From: Macrostomum lignano
Lineage: Eukaryota
Assembly (NCBI GenBank): GCA_002269645.1
Contig: NIVC01002128.1
Location: forward strand, 138,202-202,201
Direction of reading: 5' to 3'
Length of the DNA stretch: 64,000 bases
The position numbers and the translations under genes were made by a program. The notes under the pieces are model-generated. The model saw only the letters and a program-made list of their open reading frames with translations, was not told where the DNA came from and made no database searches. This document shows positions 1-20,404 of this stretch, in pieces (position 1 is the stretch's first letter; each line of letters opens with the position of its first letter).

Positions 1-165
1 CAGCCCCAGCTGAACGAGGTGAAACTGGTTGCAGTCCTGAGGTGCTGTAGAAGCACAGGGTTGGAGTTGAAATCGCTAGCAGTGATTAAAATGTACCTAC
101 AGTTGCACTGGCTGTGCTATCAGGCGTATTTGATCTATTTTATTTTCCCCAACAACCTTTTAAAG

Positions 166-7453
<7,288 letters not shown>

Positions 7454-7629
7454 CCGCGTCGTCGGTTAAAAAGTTTTTTATTTACGCGATGCGACAGCTT
7501 TTTTGGGCGATGTTGTGAGTTATGCGGTTCGCTGTCAGCTAACAGGTGATGGTCTGATTGAAGAGTGCACTGGGGAGCTTACTGTCACAATAGTCGAATT
7601 ACAGTGCTATCAGATAGATTGTAGTCCCT

Positions 7630-7995
7630 GTGTCATCAGATGGGTCATAGTGCTGGTAGTTGAGGTCATAGTGTCATCAGATGGGTCATAGTGTCATCAG
7701 ATGGGTCACAGTCTCAGAAGATGGATCAGAGTGCCGATAGATTGTGGTCATAGTGTCAGCAGCTGGTCATAATGCCAGCAGACGGGTCATGATGTCAGCA
7801 GATGGGTCATGATGTCAGTAGATAGGTCACAATGTCAGCAAATGGGTCACAATGTCAGCAGATGGGTCACAGTGTCAGCAGATGGGTCACAGTGTCAGCA
7901 GATGGGTCACAGTGTCAGCAGATGGGTCACAGTGTCAGCAGATGAGTCACAGTGTCAGCAGATGAGTCACAGTGTCAGCAGATGGGTCACAGTGT
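7630..7995. repeat. 20-bp minisatellite (GTGTCAGCAGATGGGTCACA) downstream of the myosin stop codon
   Basis: Near-perfect copies at 7840-7995, degenerate copies upstream. Confidence 0.9.
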
Positions 7996-9144
7996 CTCTA
8001 GCTGAATTTCCATGTCCTTTTTTCAGAGAAAATTTCGTCTCTTAGCGGTCGACAAGCAAGGAGGTGAAAGGCTTCATAACTTTTTAAGACAATTTTTTCT
8101 GACTAACTTAGTCATTGTTTTCTACTATTAGCCTGACTGCAACCCTCGCTTTTGCACCTTTATATTAGCAATACGAAACGTAGCGGTCTAGAATTTAAAA
8201 CGCTAAATAAAACAATCAGCAGTAGAAATATTATAAAGATAGCAAATACATCGCTAAGGTCATTCTATACTTTGTTAAAATTCATCCTCGTTCAGAAAGA
8301 CCCCAGTTTTGTCTCTTTGCTGTCAGTCAGACTGAGATTTGCCGTCTCGTCTCGCTTTCGAGTGTGCAAGTGGTTGGTAATCTTTCTCTTATGATGCTTC
8401 CATTGCGGCCTTGTCTAAGTCTCTTTTTTGTGTTTCGGATGTCCCTCTGCGGGGGACCTGCCTCTCTGTATGTCTGGCGCGCCAACCGCAGGATGACTCA
8501 TCAAAGCTGCTCATCAAAGCTGTCAAATCGCGAGAATGTGAGAACTGTCTCAAACAGTTTTCTAATGGCTCTCAATTATCTTTATTAAGTCGCGCGCTGC
8601 TGTAGCAAATATTTAGGCAATTTAAAACAGTGCATGGTTCCGCAGTTTACTGGCTAATCTTAGTCGCTTTTTACTGCAATTTACTGTGTTTACTACTTGT
8701 CAGCGTATCGCTAAAAAATCGTTTTTTCTCTCGCATAATCTACGCTTTCTAGCGCTTTTTTAGCGTTGGATGAACAACATTTTTTTCAATCGCGGTCCAC
8801 GCTTTTATTTACAAGTCAAGTCGCTTTTTAACTTGCTTACTGTACTACTCAATCTGCATGCCAGTAGTAGCAATGTTGGCATTCGAGCAGGCAATTTTTT
8901 AATCTGTGCCTTTACTTTTTTTGAAGCTTTATCTCACTGGAAAATCAATCTACCTAGAAAGCTTGAGCCGATAATTAAACTGTAGAACTCCTCTGTGAGG
9001 AAACCATGAACTCGTAGAGCCACAGCGCAGGCATCTCCGAACGCTTTTTCAATTAGCTCATTAAATATATTTCTCTGTTTACCTGACTTCATTTCTTTAT
9101 CCGCCCGAACCAATTTCACCTTTGTACTGACACAGTACACAACT

Positions 9145-9830
9145 GCTACTGACACTCTAAGTGAACTAGTGACACACTAAGTGAACTAGTGACATACTAA
9201 GTGAGCTACTGACACACTAAGTGAGCTACTGACACACTAAGTGAGCTACTGACACACTAAGTGAGCTACTGACACACTAAGTGAGCTACTGACACACCCT
9301 AAGTGAGCTACTGACACACTAAGTGAGCTACTGACACACTAAGTGAGCTCCTGACACTCTAAGTGAGCTACTGACACACTAAGTGAGCTGCTGACACACT
9401 AAGTGAGCTACTGACACACTAAGTGAGCTACTGACACACTACGTGAGCTGCTGACACACTAAGTGAGCTGCTGACACACTAAGTGAGCTCCTGACACACT
9501 AAGTGAGCTACTGACACACTAAGTGAGCTACTGACACACAAGTGAGCTACTGACACACTAAGTAAGCTGCTGACACACTAAGTGAGCTGCTGACACACTA
9601 AGTGAGCTACTGACACACTAAGTGAGCTACTGACACACTAAGTGAGCTACTGTCACACTAAGTGAGCTACTGACACACTAAGTGAGCTACTGACACACTA
9701 AGTGAGCTACTGACACACTAAGTGAGCTACTGACACACTAAGTTAGCTACTGACACACTAAGTGAGCTACTGACACACTAAGTGAGCTACTGACACACTA
9801 AGTGAGCTACTGACACACTAAGTTAGCTAC
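9145..9830. repeat. 20-bp minisatellite (TGACACACTAAGTGAGCTAC)
   Basis: More than 30 near-identical tandem copies. Confidence 0.97.
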
Positions 9831-10574
9831 TAACTAACTTATCGATTGCGGATTTTCTGCCGTGAGATCTGAATGCATCGTATCTGGGTGAGCTGCCCCT
9901 ATCCTCTTGTCTGCTTCAGACTGAGCAGTGGCAAAGAAAATAATGAAGTTTTTTAATGCTTGCAATGAGCGCAGCACAGCATCAGTCCAAATAAAGGCTC
10001 TCCACTACTAATTTCTATTAGTGAGTTTTCAATAGCATGCTAGCTCGTACTTCATAGTTTTCTATGAAATTTACTTTCAATATTGAAGCTGAAAGGCCTG
10101 CTGAGCTCATCTTAAGTTCCGTAGCAATATGGGATTTGAGGAAAAAAATATTATAACGTCGGAGACGGCAAGTTGACTTCGTTTAAAAGCAGATGGATCT
10201 CCCGACGACTCCCTGTTGAGGATGCAGTTTTTCAAATCTCCCTCGAGACTTTGCGACAAGCTAGCGGCAGATTTTCAGTTTGCAGGAAAAATATGAGGCG
10301 AGTAAACACTGTGTCGATGGGTCCTCTGCCACCCTACTGAGCTGCCACTCCCCTGGGGTTTTATTACCAAATTCAGCGAAGATTTAAGGCCCACTTAGAC
10401 TGGCAGGCGATAGGTCTTTCGTCAAGTAAACAACAAACTCCTGCTTATGATTTTGAGAGAAAAATTGTTTACAAGAAACACACTTTACAGAGCCCGTTCG
10501 CTGAACTTCTTGTTTACGGAAACTTACTGAGATTCAGTTGAATATATACAATAGAGAATAATATATACAGTAGA

Positions 10575-11070
10575 AACTGACCGAGTGACAAACAGGTAAT
10601 GACCGAGTGACGGACATTTAGTGACCGAGTGACGGATACTTGATAATCAAGTGACGAACAGTTAATGACCGAGTGACAGACAGTGACCGAGTGACAAACA
10701 GGTAATGACCGAGTGACAGACAGTTAATGACCGAATGACAGACAGGTAATGACCGAGTGACGGAAGTTAATGACCGAGTGACAGACAGTTAATGACCGAG
10801 TGACAGACAGTTAATGACCAAGTGACGGACACTTGATGACCGAGTGACGAACAGTTAATGACAGAGTGACGGACAGTTAATGACCGATTGACAGACAGTT
10901 GATGACCGAGTGACGAATAGTTAATGACAGAGTGACGGACAGTTAATGACCGAGTGACAGACAGTTAATGACCAAGTGACGGACACTTGATGACCGAGTG
11001 ACGAACAGTTAATGAACGAGTGACAGACAGTTAATGACCGAGTGACAGACAGTTAATGACCGAGGAGTGA
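10575..11070. repeat. 22-bp minisatellite (GACCGAGTGACAGACAGTTAAT)
   Basis: About 20 variant tandem copies. Confidence 0.93.
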
Positions 11071-11544
11071 CAAGCAGTTATGACTGAGTAGCAGGCTAAA
11101 AAATCTCAATTTCGTTCTCTGAAAACGCGGGCGCATGTCAGTAAATCCAATAATGTTCTGTAGTTTATACATATTGACCTCTACTTGTATGCAAAATTGC
11201 TATCTATAGTTATAAGAGATGAAGGCCTTACTGCATGTGAAGCTAAGGCGGAACCCTGAGGGTACAGAGAAAGGGATTAATATAGGGCATAGATAGGATA
11301 GGCGAGGTTAGTTACCAGTACCGCAGCTAACTCACAACTAATTGTTAGGAAGAGAATGAAACATGCAATTTGAGCATGCATATTCATGTCCTTATAGCTG
11401 CCAACCAGATCGCTTGCAGGTTATGCGGAGTCTGAGTTGCCAGTCTTGCTAGATGAACTGATATGAGCTGGGAGGCATCTGATGCAGCTAGCTGTGCAGA
11501 GATAAATACTCACGTTTTCAACCTATAGCCTACCGCACTCTCTT

Positions 11545-13097
11545 ACTGAGCTGTCACTCTCCCTACTGAGCTGTCACTCCTCCTACTGAGCTGTCATTCC
11601 CACTATTGAGCTGTCACTCCCCCTACTGAGCTGTCACTCTCCCTACTGAGCTGTCACTCCCACTACTGAGCTGTCACTCCCACTACTGAGCTGTCACTCC
11701 CACTACTGAGCTGTCACTCCCCCTACTGAGCTGTCACTCCCACTACTGAGCTGTCACTCCCACTACTGAGCTGTCACTCCCCCTACTGAGCTGTCACTCC
11801 CACTACTGAGCTGTCACTCCCACTACTGAGCTGTCACTCCCACTACTGAGCTGTCATTCCCCCTACTGAGCTGTCACTCTCCCTACTGAGCTGTCACTCC
11901 CCTTACTGAGCTGTCATTCCCACTATTGAGCTGTCACTCTCCCTACTGAGCTGTCACTCCCACTACTGAGCTGTCACTCCCACTACTGAGCTGTCATTCC
12001 CCCTACTGAGCTGTCACTCCCACTACTGAGCTGTCACTCCCACTACTGAGCTGTCACTCCCACTACTGAGCTGTCATTCCCCCTACTGAGCTGTCACTCT
12101 CCCTACTGAGCTGTCACTCCCCTTACTGAGCTGTCATTCCCACTATTGAGCTGTCACTCTCCCTACTGAGCTGTCACTCCCCTTACTGAGCTGTCATTCC
12201 CCCTACTGAGCTGTCACTCTCCCTACTGAGCTGTCACTCCCCTTACTGAGCTGTCACTCCCCCTACTGAGCTGTCACTTCCCCTACTGAGCTGTCACTCC
12301 CCTTACTGAGCTGTCACTCCCCCTACTGAGCTGTCACTCCCCCTACTGAGCTGTCACTCTCACTACTGAGCTGTCACTCCCCCTACTGAGCTGTCACTCC
12401 CTTACTGAGCTGTCACTCCCCTTACTGAGCTGTCACTCCCCTACTGAGCTTTCACTCCCCCTACTGAGCTGTCACTCCCCTACTGAGCTGTCACTCCCCT
12501 TACTGAGCTGTCACTCCCCCTACTGAGCTGTCACTCCCCTTACTGAGCTGTCACTCCCCTACTGAGCTGTCACTCCCCCTACTGAGCTGTCACTCTCACT
12601 ACTGAGCTGTCACTCCCCCTACTGAGCTGTCACTCCCCTTACTGAGCTGTCACTCCCCTTACTGAGCTGTCACTCCCCCTACTGAGCTTTCACTCCCCCT
12701 ACTGAGCTGTCACTCCCCCTACTGAGCTGTCACTCCCCCTACTGAGCTGTCACTCCCCCTACTGAGCTGTCACTCCCCTTACTGAGCTGTCACTCCCCTT
12801 ACTGAGCTGTCACTCCCCTTACTGAGCTGTCACTCCCCCTACTGAGCTGTCACTCCCCTTACTGAGCTGTCACTCCCCCTACTGAGCTGTCACTCCCCCT
12901 ACTGAGCTGTCACTCCCCTTACTGAGCTGTCACTCCCCTTACTGAGCTGTCACTCCCCTTACTGAGCTGTCACTCCCCTTACTGAGCTGTCACTCCCCTT
13001 ACTGAGCTGTCACTCCCCCTACTGAGCTGTCACTCCCACTACTGAGCTGTCACTCCCCCTACTGAGCTGTCACTCTCCCTACTGAGCTGTCACTCCT
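11545..13097. repeat. 20-bp minisatellite (CTACTGAGCTGTCACTCCCC), about 1.55 kb
   Basis: More than 70 tandem copies with few variable positions. Confidence 0.98.
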
Positions 13098-13714
13098 TGT
13101 ATCTCTAACCTCCAAGTCACTACCATCTGGGTCACTACCCTCGCGTCACTACCTCCTCACTAAACCCTTACTCAGCTCAAGCAGCAGCAATAATATTTAT
13201 TGCCATTTTAAATCCGTTACTTATCACTCAACAAAAGTACAGTCGGGAGCGCTCAGCAGCAGTCGAATCCGGGAGCCAGTAGCAAAAGCCCTCTCACCCA
13301 GCGGCTCAGTATCTCTGCCACCCCGTATTTTTCTCGCTCCCTTTCCTTCTCTCAGTGCTTTCAATTAAACAGTCAGTTCAGTCAGCCGAGTGTTCGAGCT
13401 CGTACACTGACAGGGTGGACTACAGCGCGTATTGACACTCATCGGATTAGGTAAGATTAGCTCACCTGTGCGATCGCTTCCTGGGTAAGAGCACTGATAG
13501 AAGCTTAACAACTCGATTAGGGGTTTCAGTTAGCCAACATATTAGCGAGAACTTATCTAAGTACAACCAACTCTCTTTGCAAAACAATTTTTATAATACA
13601 GATGTGCTGTGAAGTAGAAGTTCTTGATTCACTGAAGCTAAAATTCAGGGGTTCAGGTAAACATATTTATTTACTGTGTTGTCACTGAGCTGTCGATGAG
13701 TTGTCACTCCCCCT

Positions 13715-13980
13715 ACAACTACCACAACCCCTAATGACCTATTACAACCCCCAACTGACCTATCACAACCCCCAACTGACCTATCACAACCCCTACGTAC
13801 CTATCACAACCCCTACTGACCTATCACAAACCCTACTGACCTATCACAACCCCTACTGACCTATCACAACCCCTACTGACCTATCACAAACCCTACTGAC
13901 CTATCACAACCCCTACTGACCTCACACCCCCTAGTGACCTACAACAATCCCCTACTGACCTATCACAACCACCTACTGAA
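13715..13980. repeat. 20-bp minisatellite (CTACTGACCTATCACAACCC)
   Basis: About 12 tandem copies. Confidence 0.9.
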
Positions 13981-14189
13981 CCATCTTATCAAAATTTAGC
14001 CTCTAAACTTTTGTCTGACTTTGATAACGCAGAGCCTGTGTCTAACTACTATAGAATATTTGTACTTTTAGGTTTAATTTTCAATATTTCAACTGCTAGC
14101 ACCTGTTTGGCAGGCAGAATTTTAACTATTAATGACCTACATCGATCTAATTGTCAGCCTTGCGGGATTGAACTCAAGCGAGCATTTAT

Positions 14190-14760
14190 TCTCCTCTCCT
14201 CTCCTCTCCTCTCCTCTCCTCTCCTCTCCTCTCCTCTCCTCACCTCTCCTCTCTCCTCTCCTCTCCTCTCCTCTCCTCTCCTCTCCTCTCCTCTCCTCTC
14301 CTCTCTCCTCTCCTCTCCTCACCTCTCCTCTCTCCTCTCCTCTCCTCTCATCACCTCTCCTCTCTCCTCTCCTCTCCTCTCCTCACCTCTCCTCTCCTCT
14401 CCTCTCCTCTCCTCTCCTCTCCTCTCCTCTCCTCTCCTCTCCTCTCCTCTCCTCTCCTCTCCTCTCCTCTCCTCTCCTCTCCTCTCCTCTCCTCTCCTCT
14501 CCTCTGCTCTCCTCTCTTTTCCACTCCTCTCCTCTCTTCTCTTCTCTTCTCTTCTCCTTCCTTTCCTTCTTTCCTCCCATTCTCCTATCCCTTCTCACCT
14601 CTCTTCTCTCCTCTCTTTTCGCCTCTCCTCGCCTCTGGCCCCTCGCCTCTCCTTTCTCCTTTCTTCTATCCCATCTCCCCTCTCTATTCTCTATTCTCGC
14701 AGCCCTGCGCTGGGTTCCCTACCAGGCCTTTGAAGTAAAAAAGTTACTAAAGTGGGCCAA
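14190..14760 (+). mobile_element. Partial copy of the hAT-Charlie/MER58-like MITE family with a (CTCCT)n core
   Basis: 3' signature GGCCTTTGAAGTAAAAAAGTT matches the copy ending at 39759; core is an expanded CTCCT pentamer; 5' TIR not recognisable. Confidence 0.55.
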
Positions 14761-14899
14761 CTGCCGCCTTGATCCATTAGCTCGGACCCCAACTTAGCGT
14801 CTGTTGCATCCAACTGCAACTTTTTGTACTCTACAGTGTGCGACTACTTGAGTCGATTGCCAAATCGCAGAACAACCTGCTCGACCAGTCTGAGCCGCA

Positions 14900-17556
14900 A
14901 TGGCATCCGGTAGGGCCACATTCCTTTGCCCATCGGAGATCAACTACATCTCCAAACTGGACGCCGAGGCCAACGAGGACTGTCGACGACGCCTAAACGA
15001 CGTTGACTTGGCCGAGTACTCGCGCAGGCTGCTCAGCCACAACTCCGGCTACCCGAAACTGCAGGTGGCGCGTCGCAACGGTCAGTGGTACGCGCTGAAC
15101 AGCCTGCACCTGACCATCTGCCAGCACATGCAGCGGAGCGGACGATGCCGCCGCGTGCGAGTTGTCATCTGTCCGGACCGGCTGCTGCCGCAGAGTCTGG
15201 GCAGTCGGCTGATGCCTGGTGAAGGTAGGGACCGGCTCTGACCGCACCTGCGTCAATAATAATTGCAGGAATTGTGGGCCCCTGGCGCCGTGTCTTCGGT
15301 TGACATGGTTCCACAGCCAGAGCTGAGGCAATTCTGCCCATTCCGCAGACTTGACCTGCTGACACAGTGTCGGATAGATGATCTGTAAATCTACTTGACC
15401 TGCTGACACAGTGTCGGATAGATGATCTGTAAATCTACTTGACCTGCTGACACAGTGTCGGATAGAGGATCTGTAAATCTACTTGACGTGCTGACACAGT
15501 GTCGGATAGATGATCTGTAAATCTACTTGACCTGCTGACACAGTGTCGGATAGATGATCTGTAAATCTACTTGACCTGCTGACACAGTGTCGGATAGAGG
15601 ATCTGTAAATCTACTTGACCTGCTGACACAGTGTCGGATAGATGATATGTAAATCTACTTGACCTGCTGACACAGTGTCGGATAGATGATCTGTAAATCT
15701 ACTTGACCTGCTGACACAGTGTCGGATAGATGATCTGCAAATCTACTTGACCTGCTGACACAGTGTCGGATAGATGATCTGTAAATCTACTTGACCTGCT
15801 GACACAGTGTCGGATAGATGATCTGCAAATCTACTTGACCTGCTGACACAGTGTCGGATAGAGGATCTGTAAATCTACTTGACGTGCTGACACAGTGTCG
15901 GATAGATGATCTGTAAATTCTGGAGTTCATCATAACTCAGAGATACTCCAATCCAGTTGAGTTTCACAGTTGAAGAGTTTGGATTTTTTTGGGGGTGGGG
16001 GAAGATGGATCAGACAGTGCTGCCATGTGTAAATAATAACTCAGATATATTACGACTATATACTTCGCAGGCTGTGTGATAAATTTTCTCACAGCTCAAG
16101 GAAATATTTACCGTTACTTTGGTATCTTATCTTTCCTCTCTTTCTTTCCTGCTTGACTCGGGGATCTGTTTTTATTTACATTTTTCTGCTCTAAAATGAC
16201 GAGGCGCAGGATCAGGGTCCCGGACAGCTAGGCGAAAGGGACTTGGCCCAGTTACAGGCTCGGCGGGCACAACAGTACGGATTCACTTAGAGATTGACTC
16301 CGAAAAGTTTGGCCGAGGGAAAGGATTTATTTCTGGTCTCATAGGGGGGCAGTTTTTTATGTCATTTTCTCTAATATTCGCCTCAGGGACCGGCCGGGGC
16401 TCGGGACACGCTGGCCGAATTTCCTTCGCCCGTCTGCCTGCCTGCCTGCCCGCCTTAGTTCTCTCAGTTCTTGTGTCTTTCTGTTGCCCCTCATTTCCCT
16501 GACTACAAATGCAAAGAAACGGATCTAAATATCAGCATCTGGCAGGACTGAGTGTCCCTCCTTATGCTGTGGCACTCATTGGAGCACGATACGCTCCGAG
16601 TTGCCGTCTCTGTCCAATGCGTTCGAAAAGAGTTGTTGCGGAAAGAGGAAGTTTCTGGGTGCCAATAAGTACGAGCTATTGAGTACTTTCTGGAGGGAAA
16701 ACTAGTCGTAGTAAGGAAGTGACTTTGATAAGTCAGTTTGATTTTGCAAGTGACTTTGAGAGAAAATATTATAATGACCAGTCAAAGTATATGCCATGAA
16801 AGGACCTCACAGATGAGTCAATTTAACGTTCGATGGAACGTTTATACTGAGCCCTCGGTTGAGGACCTCTTGTATGAGTACTTAGAACTCTCGGTTCAAG
16901 ACATCTTAACATTGAACTATCGGTTCACGACATCATGTACATTGGACTCTAAGTTCAGGACATCTTGTACATTGGACTCTCGGTTCAGGACATCTTGTAC
17001 ATTGGACTCTCGGTTCAGGACATCTTGTACATTGGACTCTCAGTTCAGGACATCTTGTACATTGGACTCTCGGTTCAGGACATCTTGTACATTGGACTCT
17101 CGGTTCAGGACATCTTGTACATTGGACTCTCGGTTCAGGACATCTTGTACATTGGACTCTCGGTTCAGGACATCTTGTACATTGGACTCTCGGTTCAGGA
17201 CATCTTGTACATTGGACTCTCGGTTCAGGACATCTTGTACATTGGACTCTTGGTCCAGGACATCTTGAAAAGTAAAACATCAGTCAAGGGCATTGTGTAC
17301 GAGCTCGTACATTAGGTGTACCTTTTGCTAAAACGAAAACCTCCAAGAAAACAAAAACAGAAGACAGTTTTTCTTCAAGGTGAAGCTGCCTTCGATCCTT
17401 CGTATGTTGAAGCAGCAGTTGCATCAAACTGAGACACTTAAACCACCTTGCCACGCATTGTTTTAGACACGAGGCCATCGACAAGCAGAAACCGTCGACC
17501 AAGGAGCAACAACGAACAACAATTCGCCAGCAGTGCAAGCAGCATCAGCGAGAGCA

Positions 17557-17587
<31 letters not shown>

Positions 17588-18696
17588 TGGAAGCGGCAAC
17601 ACTGCTGGAAGCAGTAGCAGCAGCAGCGGCAGCAGTAGCAGCCGCAGAGGCAGCTACCGGCCAGCCAAACGCGGCCCAAAAGACTTCAGCGACGAAGAAG
17701 ACACGGAGGACGACTGCTCAGCGTCTGGAAGCTTCTGCAGCGAGTGCGAGTCGCTGGAGGCCGCCGGCAGGGGTCACCTCCGCAGACGCTGGCAGAGACG
17801 CCGTCGAAGGCGTCCGACTGTAGCTGCGACGGCCGGGGCGGCAGAGACGACGAAGGGTAGCGTTGGAATTGCCGGGATATCCTTAGGTGAGCACTTCGAT
17901 AGTTTTCTTGTTTTAGTCGCCGTTTCTTTTGCAGCTTCAGGTATTGCAATTGCGTACTGCTTAAAATAAACATACGAGCTAATATCTAAACAACACCTGA
18001 GTAGTCCATGGTTGCAAAAGATTTGTCTGCATGTTGTGTGTCCTTAACAGTATAATAAGATCTGCTGGTACACCTGTGGTGGAGGCAAACCAGATGACGC
18101 GTTTCAGAAAACAAGTTGGCACATAAAACCAGAAAATGACACTCCGTACGCGTACGGTCCTGCAGCGGCGGCTGAGGGTTTCGCAAATTAACCGCAAGGA
18201 CAACTAGAGTTTTACGTCACATCAGTCTAGATATCCTTTATTGACCAAACCTCACGGTGCATCATATGACGTGTCAGATGATGACAAAGACATACGAGCG
18301 TACATGCAGTTTTACTAGGACCAAGCTTAACTAGATCGAAATTTCACCAGCTGTTAATCGTGCGCAGTGAAGATTGTACGTGTTTTTTTATCTCTAGTGA
18401 CGATTTCTAATTTCGAGCTGTTGAAGTATTCAGTTTGCGTAACTTTGAGAATACGTCTCGTTGCCGGGCAAGATGACGTGTCTCAGAGCACCAGCATCAG
18501 ATAAGTACGTGAACTGTTCGGAGTAAATTAATTTCAAATGGCTTTCTTTGCTTCCGCAGTTGCCTCTTCCACCGAAAATGCTGCTGAAGAAGGGGCTTGT
18601 CAGAACAGCCAGCAACAGCAGAAGCTGCAGCAACATCCGGGTCCGAAAGACACCGATGCAGAGCCGCAGCATCCCGAGTTTCAAGCGCTACTGTAA
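14900..18696 (+). CDS. Uncharacterised 293-aa protein: N-terminal ParB/Srx-like domain (tentative) followed by Ser-rich, acidic and Arg-rich disordered tail. Exons 14900-15224, 17467-17886, 18560-18696
   Basis: GC-rich coding-like exons; GT-AG junctions are all phase 1 and sum to 882 nt (294 codons, stop TAA). A candidate 5'UTR exon ends at 13450 (AG|GTAAGA) with acceptor at 14836. The domain call is by remembered resemblance only. Confidence 0.7.
15347..15916. repeat. 44-bp minisatellite (ACTTGACCTGCTGACACAGTGTCGGATAGATGATCTGTAAATCT), about 13 copies, intronic
   Basis: Period 44 read directly (GACACA at 15361 and 15405); no spacers. Confidence 0.97.
16925..17266. repeat. 30-bp minisatellite (CGGTTCAGGACATCTTGTACATTGGACTCT), intronic
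   Basis: About 11 near-identical copies; degenerate copies extend upstream to about 16830. Confidence 0.97.
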
Positions 18697-19024
18697 ATTT
18701 TCACTGCGAAAACTTTGTGTAATGATTAAGGTTAAAATGTATCGACATTGCTATCTTTTAGTAACTGCATCGTAGTTGACTTGGAAATTCTGATGCGATC
18801 TTAAAGCCAAATAAAGAAATGTTGAAGCCTAAAGTAAACTCTGACAATGAGTCTGGCACAGCTAAACAGCATCTGTCTCTCCGGTGCGTTGCAATCATTT
18901 TAGTGGTTAATGGGTGCGAATTTCCGAGACAAACTTTACCGACAGCTTCAGAATCAGCTTTTATTGTAGATTTTAAATTAGGTGTTTCGAAGTATGCGTT
19001 AAGATTTTTAAGTCATTGCATGTA

Positions 19025-19700
19025 GGGTGCTTCTCAGTCTGTCAGAGTGCCTCTCGGTCTGTGTCTGTCAGAGTGCTTCTCAGTCATGTTTCAGAGTGCT
19101 TCTTAATTTGTGTATCTGTCAGAGTGCTTCTCAGTCTGTGTGACTGTCAGAGTGCTTCTCAGTCTGTTTGTTTGTCAGAGTGCCTCTAAATCTGTGTCAG
19201 AGTGCCTCTCAGTCTGTGTGTCTGTCAGAGTACTTCTCAGGTTATGTGTCTGTCAGAGTGCTTCTCAGTCTGTGTGTTTGTCAGAGTGCTTCTCAGTCTG
19301 TGTGTTTGTCAGAGTGCTTCTCAGTCTGTGTGTTTGTCAGAGTGCTTCTCAGTCTGTGTGTTTGTCAGAGTGCTTCTCAGTCTGTGTGTTTGTCAGAGTT
19401 CTTCTCAGTCTGTGTGTTTTTCAGAGTGCTTCTCAGCCTCTTTCCGAGTGCTTCTCAACCTCTTACAGAGTGCTTCTCAGTCTGTGTGACTGTCAGAGTG
19501 CTTCTCAGTCTGTGTAACTGTCAGAGTGCTTCTCAGTCTGTGTGACTGTCGGAATGCTTCTCAGTCTGTGTCAGTGCTTCTCAGTCTGTTTCAGAGTGCC
19601 TCTCAGCATGTGTGTTTGTCAGAGTGCCTCTCAATCTGTGACTATCAGAGGGCTTCCCAGTCTGTGTTTCAGAGTGCTTCTCGGTCTGTATCAGTGTGTT
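19025..19700. repeat. 28-bp minisatellite (TCAGAGTGCTTCTCAGTCTGTGTGTTTG)
   Basis: More than 20 variant tandem copies. Confidence 0.93.
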
Positions 19701-20404
19701 TTTAAGCCTATTTTTTCCATACCCTTAATCTATATCCATTTTTACGGCAAATTAGAAATTTTGTTAATTTAAAAGTTTCTTACATAACTTTTCAGCAGAT
19801 ATTTATGCACACAGTTCTACATTCATACGACTTGATGAAGGCAAGTTGAACCACTTATTCCCTGCTTGCACGAGATGTTTGCACGAGAAAGTGTGCCATC
19901 GCTGCGACAAATTTTAAGAACAGGTTAAAGCGCATGTTTATTTTTGCATGCATTAGGCATCTACACATTCATAGCAGTTAGTCACTTTCCGTTTCCTCTG
20001 GGAAAGTCTGCTTGTCCCTCAACTGGTCGTGGCCTAAAATTCTTAATTGCTAACCCAAGTGTAGCCATCTTAGATAGCATTTATCACCTGGGGTACACTT
20101 CGAGAGTTAGATAGGCCAAACAGACTCTTGGAACAGGCTTATATTGCACAAACTGCGCGGTCTGTGTTGCGGGCTCTGACCAGAACTGCCTATAGCGCCG
20201 CCCACCGCCAGCAGCTCTTTAGGCAAAGATTTGTTCTCAATCCTTATCTATTGTGTTCAGCTGCTCGTCGGCAGATACAGTAATCGAGTGTACAGAGATT
20301 GCTGGCCCGCGCTCACAGCGTACTCTCGGTCGTGCAGCAGCAGTCTTGGGGCTAGAGAGACCGCAGAAAAAAAGAGGGGTGGCTTCGCGGCAAAAAAGCA
20401 GAGC

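Noticed and set aside
19-165. N-terminal extension of the first myosin ORF from the ORF track
   Set aside because: It is not myosin-like and ends in a pyrimidine tract plus AG at 165; it is intron sequence.
16200-16450. Weak inverted similarity suggesting a MITE or structured RNA
   Set aside because: Matches are short and imperfect, with no TIR/TSD pair and no second copy in the window.
15347-17266. 44-bp and 30-bp regular repeats with internal palindromes as CRISPR arrays
   Set aside because: Units are head-to-tail with no unique spacers, lie in an intron of a eukaryotic gene, and no cas genes are present.
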